Positions 50,811 through 64,000 of a DNA stretch of 64,000 bases are shown here, piece after piece (position 1 is the stretch's first letter; each line of letters begins with the position of its first letter). The notes beneath the pieces were generated by a model. That model was not told the DNA's origin and searched no databases. It was given only the letters and a program-made list of their open reading frames with translations. The stretch comes from Scyliorhinus canicula (lineage: Eukaryota), in contig NC_052151.1 in NCBI RefSeq assembly GCF_902713615.1, positions 168,907,050 to 168,971,049 of the forward strand, written 5' to 3'. A program made the translations under genes and the position numbers.

Positions 50811-51782
50811 AATTTCAGTCAGATTAATGCGCAAATTCAAGAGATTAGGGTTTTGGAACTTTTAAAATTAAAATGTTCTCCTTTCGCTGCCAGTTCCCCA
50901 TTCCACTCCTCTTTCTCTCCTCAGCGCGAGAGTACCATTCCAAAGACACTCATCAGGACCTCACCAAAAGAAGCACATATTTCAAATGTGAACCTTGACA
51001 TGAGCACTGGGAGGCTATTCAGGTTTCAGAAATGGAGAAGAGGGCTCACAGCTGAGTATAGTGCCCATGAAATTCCACTTCCAAAGGGATCTGTGAACAG
51101 TACCCTTCAACTATTCTGATGTCACCTGTCCTGACTTTTCAACTCCTAAATTGTCACTTATTTTTAACCATCCAAGCCTTCACCCAAAATGGCTGCCGAT
51201 CATGATGGCAATCTCTTATATTTCCATGTCACCATTCTTCTCTCTGCCACTTGCATTCAACTTGTCTTGAGGAGTCCACTACCTATTCACTTTTCCATTG
51301 GGTCATCTCTCAGTTTACTCATCTTAAAGCCCATTGATGCATCATTCCTCTCGCTTGTGCTCTCTGCCACCCCACTCCTCCCTCAAGCCGTCTCTCTACG
51401 CTTAGTTCCTTTTGCCTCAGTGAAGACACACTGTGGATTCAAAGCAAGTTCTGAGAACTCAAGGTTGGATTCTCTTAATTTGCCGAAGGAATATTCCAAT
51501 ATGAAAACAAGTAAGTTTCAGTTTACATTTTTCTGTGAATATTAAAAGATCTTTCTCAGTATTAGTAGAAAGATAGGCCCAGATCTCCATTCTCCCAAAG
51601 GACCTCTCAGACATTTCAATGCAAGGACTCCAATGGAATGACCTGGAAAGATTAATCTTTCCACTGCTCCGTGGGAACCTTCAAAAAGATCCCCAGCTCT
51701 GGATTGGAGTCGGAGAATTCAGATGGTACCAATTCAGTTACTTAGATGGTGACCCAGGAAATATTAGCAGAAAAACAAATCT

Positions 51783-52092
51783 GGGCCGCACGGTAGCACA
51801 GTGTTTAGGACCGTTGCTTCACAGCGCCAAGGACCCAGACTTGATTCCTAGCTTGGGTCACGGTCTGTGTGGAGCCAACACGTTCTCCCCCTGTTTGCAT
51901 GGGTTTCCTATGGGCACTCTGGTTTCCTCTCTCAAATACCGAAAAACGTGCCTGTTAGGTGAATTGGGCATTCTGAATTATCCCTCAATATACCCGAACA
52001 GGTGCCGGAGTCTGGTGACTACGGGATTTTCACAGTAACTTCATTGCAGTGTTAGTTTAAGCCTACCTATGACACTAATAAAGATTATTATT
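51783..52092 (+). mobile_element. V-SINE with (TTA)n-type tail, diverged
   Basis: Head, V-domain and CCCGAACAGGTGCC tail. Confidence 0.85.
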
Positions 52093-52329
52093 AAATCTCT
52101 AACTTCTGACTGACTATACAACTTACAGTCCAACACTTCAGACCATCCTGACCCTCAAACTCCTCCCATCTCCCAACACTTTTGACATCCACTAACCTTC
52201 CTACTCGCTCCCAACTGTCTGACATCCTTCGTTCCTCCGACTCCCCATTGATCATCTGACTCCCACCTGGCCCTCCACTCCCGCCCCACTCCCGACCCTC
52301 CAACCACCCCCGGCTGCAGGCAGAGGACC

Positions 52330-52948
52330 CCCCGGCGATTCTCTCGCCCTTGATGGGTCGAGTGGCCACCCGTACTCGGCGGGTCCCACCGGCGTAAATC
52401 ACAACAGGTCCTTACCGGCAGGACCTGGCTCCACAGGCGGCCTGCAGAGTCCTGGGGGGAGGGGAGGGGGAGGGGGGAGGGGGGAGGGGGTGGAGGAGGA
52501 GGAGGGTGGGGGTGGCGGTGGGGGGGAAGGAGGGTGGGGGGGTGGTGGGAGGGGGGGCACGGGGGAATCTGGCCCTGGGGGTGTCCCCACGGTTGCCCCC
52601 ACGATCGCCTGTCCCACCAATCCGTGGGCGGGCCTGTGCCATGGGGACACTCTTTCCCTTCGCATCTACTGCTGTCATCCTCCATGATGGCCGGTGCGGA
52701 GAAGATCGCCTCTGCGCAAGCGCTGGGATGATGCCAGCACACGCTGGTGCTCCCACGCATGCGGCAACTCGCGCTGGCCGGCAGAGGCCCTTCTGCGCCG
52801 TCTGGTGGCGCCAAACATTCCGCCACCGGCCTAGCCCCTGAAGGTGCGGAAGATTCTGCAGCTTCGGGGTGGCCCGACGCCGCAGTGGTTCACGCCACTC
52901 CTCGGTGCCGGAGTGGCCCGCTCCGCCAGTTGGTGGAGAATCCCGCCC
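52330..52948. mobile_element. GC-rich Harbinger MITE with an expanded G-rich tract
   Basis: Ends GGAGAATCCCGCCC; similar to 29512-30203. Confidence 0.82.
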
Positions 52949-53467
52949 AAGGAGCGTGGCTTGGCTTCCCTGACAATCCTGCCCTATGAGGAAGGCATGT
53001 GAGAACAGATCCGCTCTGCATTCCTGAAGAGGCCTGGCTTGGAAGACTGGGTCAGAAATGTGTAGTTCCCTTTTAGTGCAGTAAAATCAGAATGCATGGC
53101 AAACTGACGGTGATTGCGATCCCACGGACGATACGGCCCATAGTAAGTTTTGTTAACGTATGTATAGTTGTATATTTTCCCATTACATAAAAGTGATTAA
53201 AATGCTGTGATTCATTTCCATAAAACTAAAGTTTTCATTTTCGTTTGGTGTATTTGTAATTTTCCATGTTTAATTTTCTCTTCCCCCCCCCCACACCATA
53301 TCCATTGTGAACAGTACAGCATTAAACTTCCAAACATCAAGGTCTCTACAGCTATTCAATGGCAAAAACAAGATTTGAATTCTAAAAGGTGTCCACAGGG
53401 GTGTGTATTCCTATTGGTCATCAAGGTGTGTGAAATAATATTGTAAAGATGATTTTAAATTGTTTAT

Positions 53468-53777
53468 CACGGTAGCACAAGTGGATAGCACTGTGGCTTC
53501 ACAGCACCACAGTCCCAGGTTCGATTCCCTGCTGGGTCACTGTCAGTCAGGAGTCTGCACGTTCTCCCCGTGTCTGCGTGGGTTTCCTCCGGGTGCTCCG
53601 GCTTCCTCCCACAGTCCAAAGATGTGCAGGATTGACCCTGCTAAATTGCCCCTTAGTGTCCAAAAAGGTTAGGCGGGGTTATTGGGTACAGGGAAAGGGT
53701 GGAAGTGAGGGCTTAAGTGGGCCGATGTAGACACGATGGGCCGAATGGCCTCCTTCTGCACTGTATGTTCTATGTAT
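53468..53777 (+). mobile_element. HE1-type V-SINE
   Basis: Head, V-domain and CR1-type tail. Confidence 0.9.
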
Positions 53778-53787
53778 GGCAGTGCCA

Positions 53788-53885
53788 GCAGTGCAATGCT
53801 CCCTCAGTACTCGGCTGGAATGACAGCCTAGATTTTTGCACTCACATCTCAAGTTGGGATTGAACCCACGACATTCTGTTTAGTG
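53788..53885 (-). mobile_element. Old DeuSINE/SacSINE1-like 5' fragment
   Basis: Minus strand GTGGGTTCAATCCCAACTTGAGA..AATCTAGGCTG..AGTACTGAGGGAG resembles this SINE family from memory. Confidence 0.45.
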
Positions 53886-53949
53886 CACCAACTGGAGGAG
53901 GGAAGCTTCATGAATATTTTCATTCCTCACCACGTGGGCGTTTTCAGTC

Positions 53950-55975
53950 AAAAGTCCTAATTGGCCAATCCTATCAGCTTCCTCTTGAGATTCGTCCATC
54001 ATAGATGCCAGTGCCCAACCAATTTATTTCACTCCATGTTGTGTTAGGAAGCAGCTGAGTGCACTGGGCATTGACAACAGCCTGACTGTAATTCTGAAGA
54101 ACTGTGCATGACAGCTGACTTCTCCCCTTACCCATCTGTTCCACTATAGCTTGGACACTGCCTTTGATACCTAACTGACAAATTGGAATGTTCTCCTATC
54201 CACAACAAAAACTGATATGGCCTGTTCACAATTATAAACAAAGTGATGGATGTAACCATCAATACTGCCAACAAGCAACCCATTCTCACTAAACTGCTCA
54301 GTCAAAATAAGTTTTGATTCTGGCAGAACACTCGCCTCCAGACGTCATTGCAGCTTCAATGCAGACCTGGACAGAAGGGAGCATTCAATCAAACAGCCAA
54401 CCAAGAACCACTAGTAAAACATACAAATCAGGAGTGTGGTATAGTATTTTCCACACACCATCCTGACCTGAAACTATGTCACCGTTCTTCTGTTGTTGGG
54501 TCAAAATCCTGTAACTCGCTCTCTAACAGCACTGTGAGGATGTCTACATCATATAGACTGCAGTGGTTCAAGAAGGCGTCTCAGAACCACCTTTGGAAGG
54601 GCAATTATTGCTGGACAATAAATGCTGGTCTGTGACACCCACGTCCCATAATCGAATGAAAAAGAGCTCAAAGGGAAATTTTCCAGTTGTAATAATGGAG
54701 TCATAATTGATACAGAGGAAGATGATGGTGATTGCCATGACCCAATCTTCAGAGTTCTAAAGCACTACTGGAGCAATTCTTGGCCTAACTACCTCAGCTG
54801 CCTCAACAATTACTTTCCTTCCATCATAAGTGGGCAGCACGGTAGCATTGTGAATAGCACAATTGCTCCACAGCTCCAAGGTCCCAGGGTCGATTCCAGC
54901 TTGGGTCACTGTCTGTGCGGAGTCTGCACATCCTCCCCGTGTGTGCGTGGGTTTCCTCCGGGTGCTCCGGTTTCCTCCCACAGTCCAAAGATGTGCAGGT
55001 TAGGTGGATTGGCCATGATAAATTGCCCTTAGTATCCAAAATTGACGTTAGTGTTGGGTGGGGTTACTGGGTTATGGGGACAGGGTGGAGGTGTTGACCT
55101 CGGGTAGGGTGCTCTTTCCAGGAGCCGGTGCAGACTCGATGGGCCAAATGGCCTCCTTCTGCACTGTAAATTCAATGATAGTCAATGATAATCAATGATA
55201 AGGCAATGGTTATTCACTGCCAGATCTATAACAATCAGGTCTGCTGATCGCTGCTTATAACTTGAAAGCCCATGCCGAGCGCCAACAAGACCTGAACAAC
55301 ATTGAGACTTGGGTTGACATGTGGCAAATTACACACATCACATAAATGCTAGATAATAATCATCTTGAACAAGAGTACCCAGCTATCTCCTCTTGTCCAT
55401 CAATGAATATGATCATCAACATGTCCCCTACCACAAACATTTGGGTCAACAAAATGGCTGGAAGATTAACTGGATCAGTCAAATCCCATGTCTAAAAGAT
55501 TCTCTATGCTTAATGGCTCACTATCAACTACAAGATTCCAGTTAGGAGTGTGGTAAACTCATCACATTCCTTGATGAATGCAACCACAACAACAGCCAAG
55601 AGCCATCCAGGATAAAACAGTTTGCTTGTTATTGTGGCTACAGTATGCATGAACTACAGGCCGCATTGCAGCATTTCACTTTGATGGTACCTCTCTTTCA
55701 ACCTCTATCACCAGCGACAAGAGGAGCCACGTAATCACCACAAAATTGTATTCCAAGTCACGTAGCTCTCTGACTTCGATAAATATGATGATTCTGTTGC
55801 ATCGGATCTAAATCCTGCAATTTCATAATTGACACCACTGTGAGAGAACCATTACACCAAGGACTGGAGCCATTCAAGGAGTGGACCTGACATCGTTGCC
55901 ATGTTAATATAGATGGGCAGTAAATGCTGCCCCTTGGCAGTATCATCCATCCTGAGACCAAATGAACAAAAATGA
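53950..55975 (+). mobile_element. Old CR1-clade LINE fragments, interrupted by a SINE
   Basis: QQDLNNIETWVDMWQ-like segment near 55285-55330; 3' UTR blocks similar to the reverse complement of 2625-3100. Confidence 0.65.
54831..55200 (+). mobile_element. HE1-type V-SINE with (TCAATGATA)n end
   Basis: Head, V-domain and CR1-type tail. Confidence 0.9.
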
Positions 55976-56664
55976 CCAACTCTCCTCTGCATCAATAAAT
56001 ATTGCAATTGTTTTTAAACTGTCCTCCCTGTACATACCAAATGTTTCTTCTCTGTATTTTCTCCAATGTCTGGAAATTACATCGTGAATACAATTGTATA
56101 TAGTCTGTCAAATGTCGCCTAAGGAGTGCATTGTGCGCTTTCTACACAATCTCAGCTGATTTGTATTCCATTGATGAAGGTCTATCCCAACATTTTGTAA
56201 GCTTTTCAATTGTATAGTAATGAGTGCCTGATTATTTATAAATGGAAACTAGGGAGAGAGCTCGTCTTGCAGCACTGTTGTTTATGGAACTTCAAAGTAA
56301 CAGAATTGTAAGCTCTGAATGCAACTCAACGCTCTTGCCCTCTGTTGACAATGCACTTTTCCTTTTTACTCCCTGTTTGTATTGGTTAGCTAGCTTGGGA
56401 TACGGTCCTTTATTCTATCCTGCTTCAAGCCTTGGTAGAATGCAGGGCCTTATCAACGTTACAGTTTCCATGCACCGTCTTGCTTTGTATGTTGATTTAG
56501 TATTCAGCTGTCTGGCATAGCCAGTATTCTATCTTCTCCCTTCTTGTCTGACAACAAAATAAAATAGAAGAATTAGGTTTTAGAACCTTGTCACTTGGGA
56601 ATAGAGCTGGATCATTATGGCACATGATGCCCTCAATTTGTAACCCAGGACCACAATTAAGGAG

Positions 56665-56999
56665 TGTGACAAAATGTATATTGTATAGTAAATGAAGGGT
56701 TAACAATTTGATGTGAATGCTTCCAACCACTAGATGGTGATCAAGAGCACACACGTGAATAACGTGATTGATTCTGGCGGTAGGTGATTAGGAGGATAGA
56801 GAGTAGTCGTGTTTTCTGTAGCTCTGTAGATAGAGTAATAGTCTTAGTATATTTTGTAGTCTTTATACCTTAGTAAATTGGTATGAATTTAGTTTAGTTG
56901 CAGTGTTAATAAATAAGCTTGTTTGAAACATAGCTTGATGGTCTTTGTTAGTCACCACATTTCAAAGCCATCATCATGCACAAAGCAAAGTACATCACA
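56665..56999 (+). repeat. Solo LTR (335 bp)
   Basis: TGTGA...TCACA termini; exact TSD AGGAG at 56660-56664 and 57000-57004; AATAAA present. Confidence 0.9.
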
Positions 57000-57919
57000 A
57001 GGAGCACATAGTGTGGAGGTGCAATATCAGAGATTTTCTGGATTGGGGCAATGGATCAGAGTCGGATTACCACTCCGTTCCTACTTTCTAACCTCAAATA
57101 CTTCCCAATCCTTTCCTTCCTGACCTTCCAACACAGGTTGGGTGAGAACTCTGCTGGGCAGCATGCTCCTGAGGCCTTCAATCTGGTGCTGCAGAATAGA
57201 ACAGAACAGAAGGAGGCCGTGTCCCCTTTTTTTTAAGGCATTAGCTAATCAGGTGAGTTTAAAAGTCCAGCCACTTTCAAGCCAGGTTAAGTTTGTCAGT
57301 TAAGTGGTTAGAATTTGTGGGTGGTGACAAGAAGAAGGAGGGCTATGGTAGTCAGAGGAGGTGTTGGGAAGTTGGAGGCAGAGGGGCGGTAAGGGCAGAG
57401 TGGGGCTGTCGGGCAGTTTTCGGAAGTGCCGGCAGACCATGGGGGGAGGGGGAGGGGGAGGGGATCGGACAGTAAAGGGGATGTTTTCTACACCTTTTCT
57501 GCTTCTCTTCTTTTTTCTATATTCTGACTTTTCTTTTATATATATATGTCATACGCTCCTACTTTTAAGTCACATCTAATTTGAATATTTAAATTTACAT
57601 GATTTGCTTAATCTCTTTTTCCTGACCTGATAGTAGGTTCAGCCAGTATCTTTTTCAACTCCCATTTGAAAGTTTCCTTAGTTTTGGCCAATATCTCATC
57701 TGTCAGATTCTCTTCCCAGTGTATTTCGCAAGTTTTTTTTGTTTTGGAATGTCTTCATCTGCGATTGTTCTTCTTTTAACATACTGAACCTAATTATGCT
57801 CTATTTTCTGTTTTTGAAATGTCACCCACAACTGGAAAATTTACCTGCATCATTTCCAGTCCTGGAATTAAGTTCAGAACTATTTCCTTCATTGCCGAAG
57901 TAAAACATGTTCTCTTTTA

Positions 57920-58640
57920 ATCGCCACAACATGTGTCTCTTCTCCTGAATCCCTTATCCATGCCTTCATTATATCTCGACTCAATAGGTGGGATACTCCT
58001 GCCACGCCTACTGACAGAATTGTCCGATTCCAGTGAAATTAAATGGACGTTTGGCTGGGCCGTTGCATTTCTCATGGTGGACCCCTCCACAACGGGGACG
58101 TAAAATCACAGCCAATTATTCTAGTGCATGGCCTCTATAAAACCAAGGTCATCCAAAACTCCATTGACCATGCTATATCTTATATCACATCCCAATTATA
58201 TCACCCCTGTGCTCACTGATCCACCTTGGCACCTGTACAAGCAGAGCCCTGATATTAAAATTCTCCTTGTTTTCATATCTTTTCAAGGTCACCCTTTCCT
58301 ATGCCTGTGATCTCCTCCAGCTCTATAACCGTTCATCTAATATTGGCACCTTAGGCATCCCAATCTTAGGCAGCCCTACCATTGGTGGCCAAATCTTCAG
58401 TTGCCAGGGCTCGAAGCTCTGGAATTTCCTCCTGAAACCTCTCTAAATATTTACCACTTTTTCTTCCCTTAAGATATATGATGTGATGCTTAAACATATA
58501 ACTTTGAACAAATTCTTGGCCATTTTCCCTGATATTTTTTGATGAAGTCGAGCGGCTAATTTTGCTTTATTATAGCCTCTGTTCAATGCTTTGGGTCATT
58601 TTTTTAGGTAAAAGATGCTATATAAATGTAAACTGTTATT
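57920..58640 (+). mobile_element. L2 LINE 3' fragment with a small MITE inside
   Basis: LIHAFIISRL and ITPVLTD..W-type L2 ORF2 C-terminal segments; ends GCTATATAAATGTAAACTGTT. Confidence 0.7.
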
Positions 58641-59092
58641 CTTATCTAAAAGGAAACCTGCACCAGGTAAACTGACTGGACAAAAAGACAGGTAAAAAGG
58701 CCAGTGACAGATATTTAAATACAAAGGGCGTGCTTTTCCCGCCACGTTGCACCCGGCACTGATCTGGGTGTGCCAGGAGCATCGCAAGAGAGGCCTAAAT
58801 CAGGGTTCGCACCTGGTTCAAAGCCATTCACAAGTTACCTGGCCCGTGGCACCTGACGCGACAGGAACGATGTCCTCGTTGGGCATGATCTTTAAATGAA
58901 TCGTGAGCTTTTTTAAATATGTGTGGCCTATTTGAAGTCACATTCTCCCGTGCCTGGGAGTCATTGGCCACACCGACGTGGCCTCAACCGGGCACTGATT
59001 AGTGAATACATTAACCCTTAACTGCAATCTTTCATCTCACTCAAACAGCAGAACAAACCCATCTCAACTCTCAATCACTGTTAAAATACAGT

Positions 59093-59293
59093 AAGAAGTC
59101 TTACAACACCAGGTTAGAATCCAACAGGTTTGTTTCAAATCAGTAGCTTTCGGAACACTGCTCCTTCCTCAGGATAAGGAAGGAGCTGCGCTCCGAAAGC
59201 TAATAATTTGAAAAAAACCTGATGGACTTTAACCTGGTGTTGTAAGACTTCTTACCATGCTCACCCCAGTCCAACGCCGCCATCTCCACATCA
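59093..59293. mobile_element. Penelope-like palindromic insertion with 14-bp TSD
   Basis: Inverted arms across 59091-59255; TGTTAAAATACAGT at 59079-59092 and 59294-59307. Confidence 0.8.
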
Positions 59294-59399
59294 TGTTAAA
59301 ATACAGTTAGCACTCAGGAATACCAGCTTTACAGAGATGTCTGGATACACCATTTTGAGAAAAAGAGATATTTTGATATCGCTTTAAAGAAAAGATCTG

Positions 59400-60030
59400 G
59401 GGCGGAATTCTCCGACCCCTCGCTGGGGAATCGCGCCACGCCGCCACAACTGCGAGACGCGATTCTCCACAATTGGCGCCATCGGCGCTGGCGTGGTCGG
59501 CGCAGTGCGGGTCAGGGTGTGCGCCACACGAGCCAGCGCGCCGATTCTCCGGCCGAGCGGCAGTCATCAAAAAACCAAGTCCCGCCGGTGCCGTTCTAAC
59601 ATCCTCTAAGCTGGCGGGACCTCGCCGTTGAAGGGTCCGGGTGCAGCCTGTTTGGGGGGGGGGGGCCTTCGTAGTGGCCTGGCCCGCGATCGTGGCCTGC
59701 CGATCAGTGGGACGGCCTCTCTGCCCGTCGGCCTCCTTTCCTCCATGCCAGCCCCTGTAGCCCTGAGCCATTTGGCTATGGGGCCGGCGCGGGGAAGAAG
59801 GCCACTGCGTATGCCATAGTTGGTGCCGGCCCAACTGCGCATGCGCGGACCCCACGGCATCGGGTTCAGGCTGGGATCGGCAGCTGGAGCGGCATAGGCC
59901 CCTCCAGTGCCGTCCTAGCCCCCTGTGGCCCGCAGAATGGGGTCCCGGAACGGGCGCTGACGCCGGAGTAAAACACTCTGGTTTTTACTCCGGCGCCGGC
60001 ACTTAGCCGCCCATTGGGAGAATCCCGCAC
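59400..60030. mobile_element. GC-rich Harbinger MITE
   Basis: GGGCGGAATTCTCC ... GGAGAATCCCGCAC. Confidence 0.88.
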
Positions 60031-60457
60031 AGTAATCCTGTCAGAACCATGCAGAAACTCTGCCTGTATTTTTTCAAAAACTGCTCCAGCTTGTTTCAGA
60101 TCACTTTCAACCATACTCTTCTGAACTGCCTGGAAAGAAACTGCTAATCTAGCTACCGACATATCTTTTAACTGAACGGAGATGCTTGACTTTTATTCAC
60201 ATCTCCAACTAACACTCAACTAATACTGCTTTTCTGCAAAATGTCTGATACCTTGGCTGCTCGCAGTATTTACATCACCTTACCAATCTAAAATCTAATC
60301 CACTCCACAGGGAACCCCTTTAAACAAAGCAACATTCTATTAGCCCAAGATTTTTATATTTTAATTGCACTCCTGGCCCCCAAAATCTTTCAACCCCGGA
60401 TTCTAGAAAACATTACTGACCCAGGCCTTTAACCCTTAATGCACCAAATACATATAT

Positions 60458-60775
60458 GGGTGGCACGGTAACACAGTGGTTAGCACTGTTTACAGCGGCA
60501 GGGTCCCAGGTATGATTCCCGGCTTGGGTCACTGTCTGTGTGGAGTCTACACGTTCTCGCTGTGTCTGCGTGGGGTTCCTCCAGGTGCTCCGGTTTCCTC
60601 CCACAAGTCCTGAAAGACATGCTGTTAGGTGATTTGGACATTCCTTGGACATTCTGAATTCTTCCTCTGTGTACCCGAACAGACGCCGGAATGTGGCGAT
60701 TAGGGGCTTTTCACAGTAACTTCATTGTAGTGTTAATGTAAGCCCACTTGTGGCAATAAAGATCATTAATATAAT
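60458..60775 (+). mobile_element. V-SINE with (TTA)n-type tail
   Basis: Head, V-domain and CCCGAACAGACGCCGG tail. Confidence 0.88.
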
Positions 60776-61322
60776 ATAGTATAGGAATTCCTACATTCAT
60801 CACTATGTATGTTCTTATGTACGATAAGGTTCTTAGTCAAATGTATCCTGACTGGTTTAAAGTTAATATGATGATGCATTGGTTTCCTTGGTGCAACTTG
60901 GCCCAATCAGGGCAAAAGATTGCAAAATTATTAGCATAAATTGCAATGCGAGTTTATGTGAGCTTTTCTGCTAATTTAACCCTCATCCAGCTGTTTACCA
61001 ATTCCTAGTCATTGTTAGTATTTGTTCTAATAATGTCTTCCTGAATAATTTCTGCTCTCACTGATTGGAAATCTGAATTTCATTTTGCATTCTGTTGCTC
61101 AGATGATTCAGGTTCTTTCTGGCCATGCATACACACCTGCAGTTGTCCTTTTTCCATGGTTGCTACCTTTACCTCTTGTTTGCTGAGTGACGAGAATTTC
61201 CCATCACATTATTGTCAGGAATCTTGAGATTTCCAGCTAGATTCCAGCTTTCTTGATGGCTCCTACACAAAGCATTGGGGGCTATCTTCCCCACCATCTT
61301 TTTCCATGGAGTGAAAGGCAAA

Positions 61323-61962
61323 GGGCTGGATTCTCCATTTCAGTGGCTAAGTGGTGGCTCGAATGGAGAATTCACGGGTGTTTAACACCAAAAGAATCGT
61401 GCCGATCCCTCACCAATTCCAAGGCTGGTGAGGGGCAAGCAGCGGCACTGGGTGAAACTCTTGGGCCCGTGCTGAAAATGGCTGGAGAATGGCCGCGTCC
61501 CTGGTCACACATGCGCACAGCACAACCTGCAGCGGTCATGCCATACAACATGGTGCCGGCCATCCGTGGACCCACCTGCCATCCGCAACCCCACAGGCCA
61601 CCCCCTGGCCATTCCCTAACAATCCCCCAGCCCTCACAGAACCCCCCCCCCCCCATCTGCCCAGCGGCACAGATCCAGACAGGGTGTGATGGCGCTGGAC
61701 ACAGTCCACAGCCGACACACTGGGTTCCCGACTGCCAAGACGACACGTGGCCCGCGCGGTTGGGAACGGCCCACGGGGGTGGAGCATCGTGAGAGGGCCT
61801 GCCGATGATGTGCCAATGCCATTGCAACGGCACACAGCCCATCAGGGCAGAGCATGGCGGGCCGGCGTCAGACGAGCGTTAGCCCCGATTTGGGTGTCGG
61901 ACTCAATTCTCCACCCGATCACCGATTACGATATCAGCAACTGGCAATGGAGAATCCCGCCC
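61323..61962. mobile_element. GC-rich Harbinger MITE
   Basis: GGGCTGGATTCTCCA ... TGGAGAATCCCGCCC. Confidence 0.88.
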
Positions 61963-62782
61963 ATAATGTTAGATGCAGGAATTAAAAAAAAAACAATTTT
62001 ACGGGGTGCGAGCAATGCTAGCTCTGCCAGTTTTCATTGTTCACTCTTATTTGCCCTTGGGTAGGTGGTGGTGAGCTGCCTTTTGAATTACTGCAGTCCC
62101 TGTGGTATAGACGTGTGGTCCCTGTGGTGTTGAAAATTAATACTGAAAATGTTTAGCAGTTAAGGTAGTTGGCATTTCCAGCTTCAAGATGTTTCCAGAG
62201 GACCAATGTATTACAGATGAACAGCATTTGGCGTTTCGCTAATGCAAGTTCTTTGGTCATTTTCCGAGCCTTGACAATGGGCATTAAGGCCTTCCATGTT
62301 ATTGTTTTTCTACAGATGCTGCACTATCTGCTCTGTACTTGTGTTCCACCCTTTTTATTTTCCTCTGCAGAGCACAGAAATGCTTAACAAAGCAAGGGAC
62401 TGAATGCTTATTCCTGAATAGGTCTTAGTCATCTTATAGCGATGGGGTTTATGAACAATATTATGATTAAGCTTCCTTTGTTACTTACTGATGTTCTCAT
62501 TACAGAAGTTACTTAATCCATTTGTTAACACATACTCCTTCATCTGCCTTCAATGTTTCAACTGTTTGACTGAAAAATCAGACTTAACCATTATGTGGGG
62601 GTTGAAAGCAAATTTGTTGTCAAATTGAAGTTTCTGAACTTTAGAGAAGGGTCAAATGCTTCTTTGAAAAAGTTATGCGTGGAAACATGAATTTTCTTCA
62701 AACACACAACAATTTTAAACTGTTACAGCAGAAATGATATTTTCATTTTGCAAGTGTTTGCAGAAAATGTCATTGTATAACA

Positions 62783-63350
62783 TTATAGAATCATCAATGC
62801 AGCACGCAGAAGGAGGCCATTTGATCCATTATGTCTGTGCTGGTTTATCTTGCAGCTCTCTACGACCTTCTGCCCATAGACTTGCACATGCCTCTTTATC
62901 AGATAATAAGGCAACATCCTCTTCACTGCCACAATTAAACCTGTCAGATGGTACAGTTCAGATCCTAACCACTGACTGCATGTAAAAGATTTTACTCATG
63001 TCTCCATTATTTCTTTTGCAAATGACATGAAATCTGTGACATTGTTCTTGATCTTTCCACCAATGAAAAATTTCCCCTTCTCTACTCGGCCCAGATCCCT
63101 CTTGACTTTGAATACCTCTATCAAATCCCCTCTCACCCTTCTGTTCCCAAATGAAGACCGTCGCGATATTTCCAATCTATCTGTGTAACCGAGTTACTCA
63201 TCACTGGAACCATTCTCGTGAATCAATTCTGCACTTATTTTAATATCTTCACATTTTCCACGGATATAATACTCGAGTTGTGACTGAACTGGTATTCTGT
63301 GCAACTTCAGCATAACCTCTTTGCTTTTATACTCTTAACAAAGCCTCGGC
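62783..63350 (-). mobile_element. Old CR1 LINE 3' fragment
   Basis: ATAGAATCAT tail, AGAAGGAGGCCAT 3' UTR motif, degenerate ORF2 end. Confidence 0.7.
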
Positions 63351-64000
63351 TTAATATAGCTAGAACTAGAGATAGTTCATTATATCTAATTTTATAGCCA
63401 TATCATTGTGTTAATGTTCCGTACAAAGTGTTAATGAAAGGCTTTTAGCTACACACTGAGTAACAGTCAGACTGGTACTTTAATGAGTGCCTTTGGGTAT
63501 GCTGTTGGCAGATCATGTTGGATGTAATTGTCCATTGCCTGCACTTGAAGAATGAATGAGCTGGTTGGTATGACATTAGTCATGATTGAGAAGAGCAGAA
63601 AAGGCTTCAAAGGTCTTTTGTCCTGGTATTAGGATAAAATGCAATCTCTGTAAAAGTTGGTATTTGGACCTCATCACACCAAAGACATCATGGCAGTGTC
63701 AGTTCTATTTCGTAACAAAGTTTCATCATCATGAATGTAACAATATATACCCTAATCTGTGCCAAACAAATTAAAGTTAGTTGCTGTAATTCAAATTTTG
63801 AAGAAAGTTCAGAGGTTTAATCTAGGAAATTAGAGGTCTATTAGCTTTACATCGATAGTGAGAAAAACACTGGTCCGTTTTCAAGAAATCAATACTTTAG
63901 GATTTAGTGAGAGTAAATGCAGTAAAGCAAAGATTGATTTCTAAAACACAGTTTGTCCCTTATAAACTGATTAGCATTTGCTTGGAATTGAGTAGTATGG

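Overview
Eukaryotic, repeat-dense window with no recognisable host exon. The repeat content (HE1-type V-SINEs, CR1/L2/L1 LINE fragments, Harbinger transposons and MITEs, Gypsy LTR elements, Penelope remnants) points to an intron or intergenic region of a cartilaginous fish, probably a shark; this is inference. The standout is a complete 4.17-kb non-autonomous Gypsy-type LTR element at 15698-19867, with two LTRs, a GCTAA target duplication, a tRNA-Leu-like PBS and a PPT. In it, RT/RNaseH/integrase are replaced by an intronless, 5'-truncated copy of the histone chaperone NAP1L1, fused in frame behind the gag-protease. This is followed by acidic, 27-bp-repeat and basic segments and the usual pol C-terminal motif. 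Also present: a 5'-truncated Gypsy element (22184-26135, minus), a related LTR+gag fragment, three solo LTRs, Harbinger transposase and Myb-like gene remnants, many Harbinger MITEs, SINEs with three different tails, and a palindromic Penelope-like insertion with a hammerhead-like core. Most ORFs in the supplied track are spurious frames across repeats.
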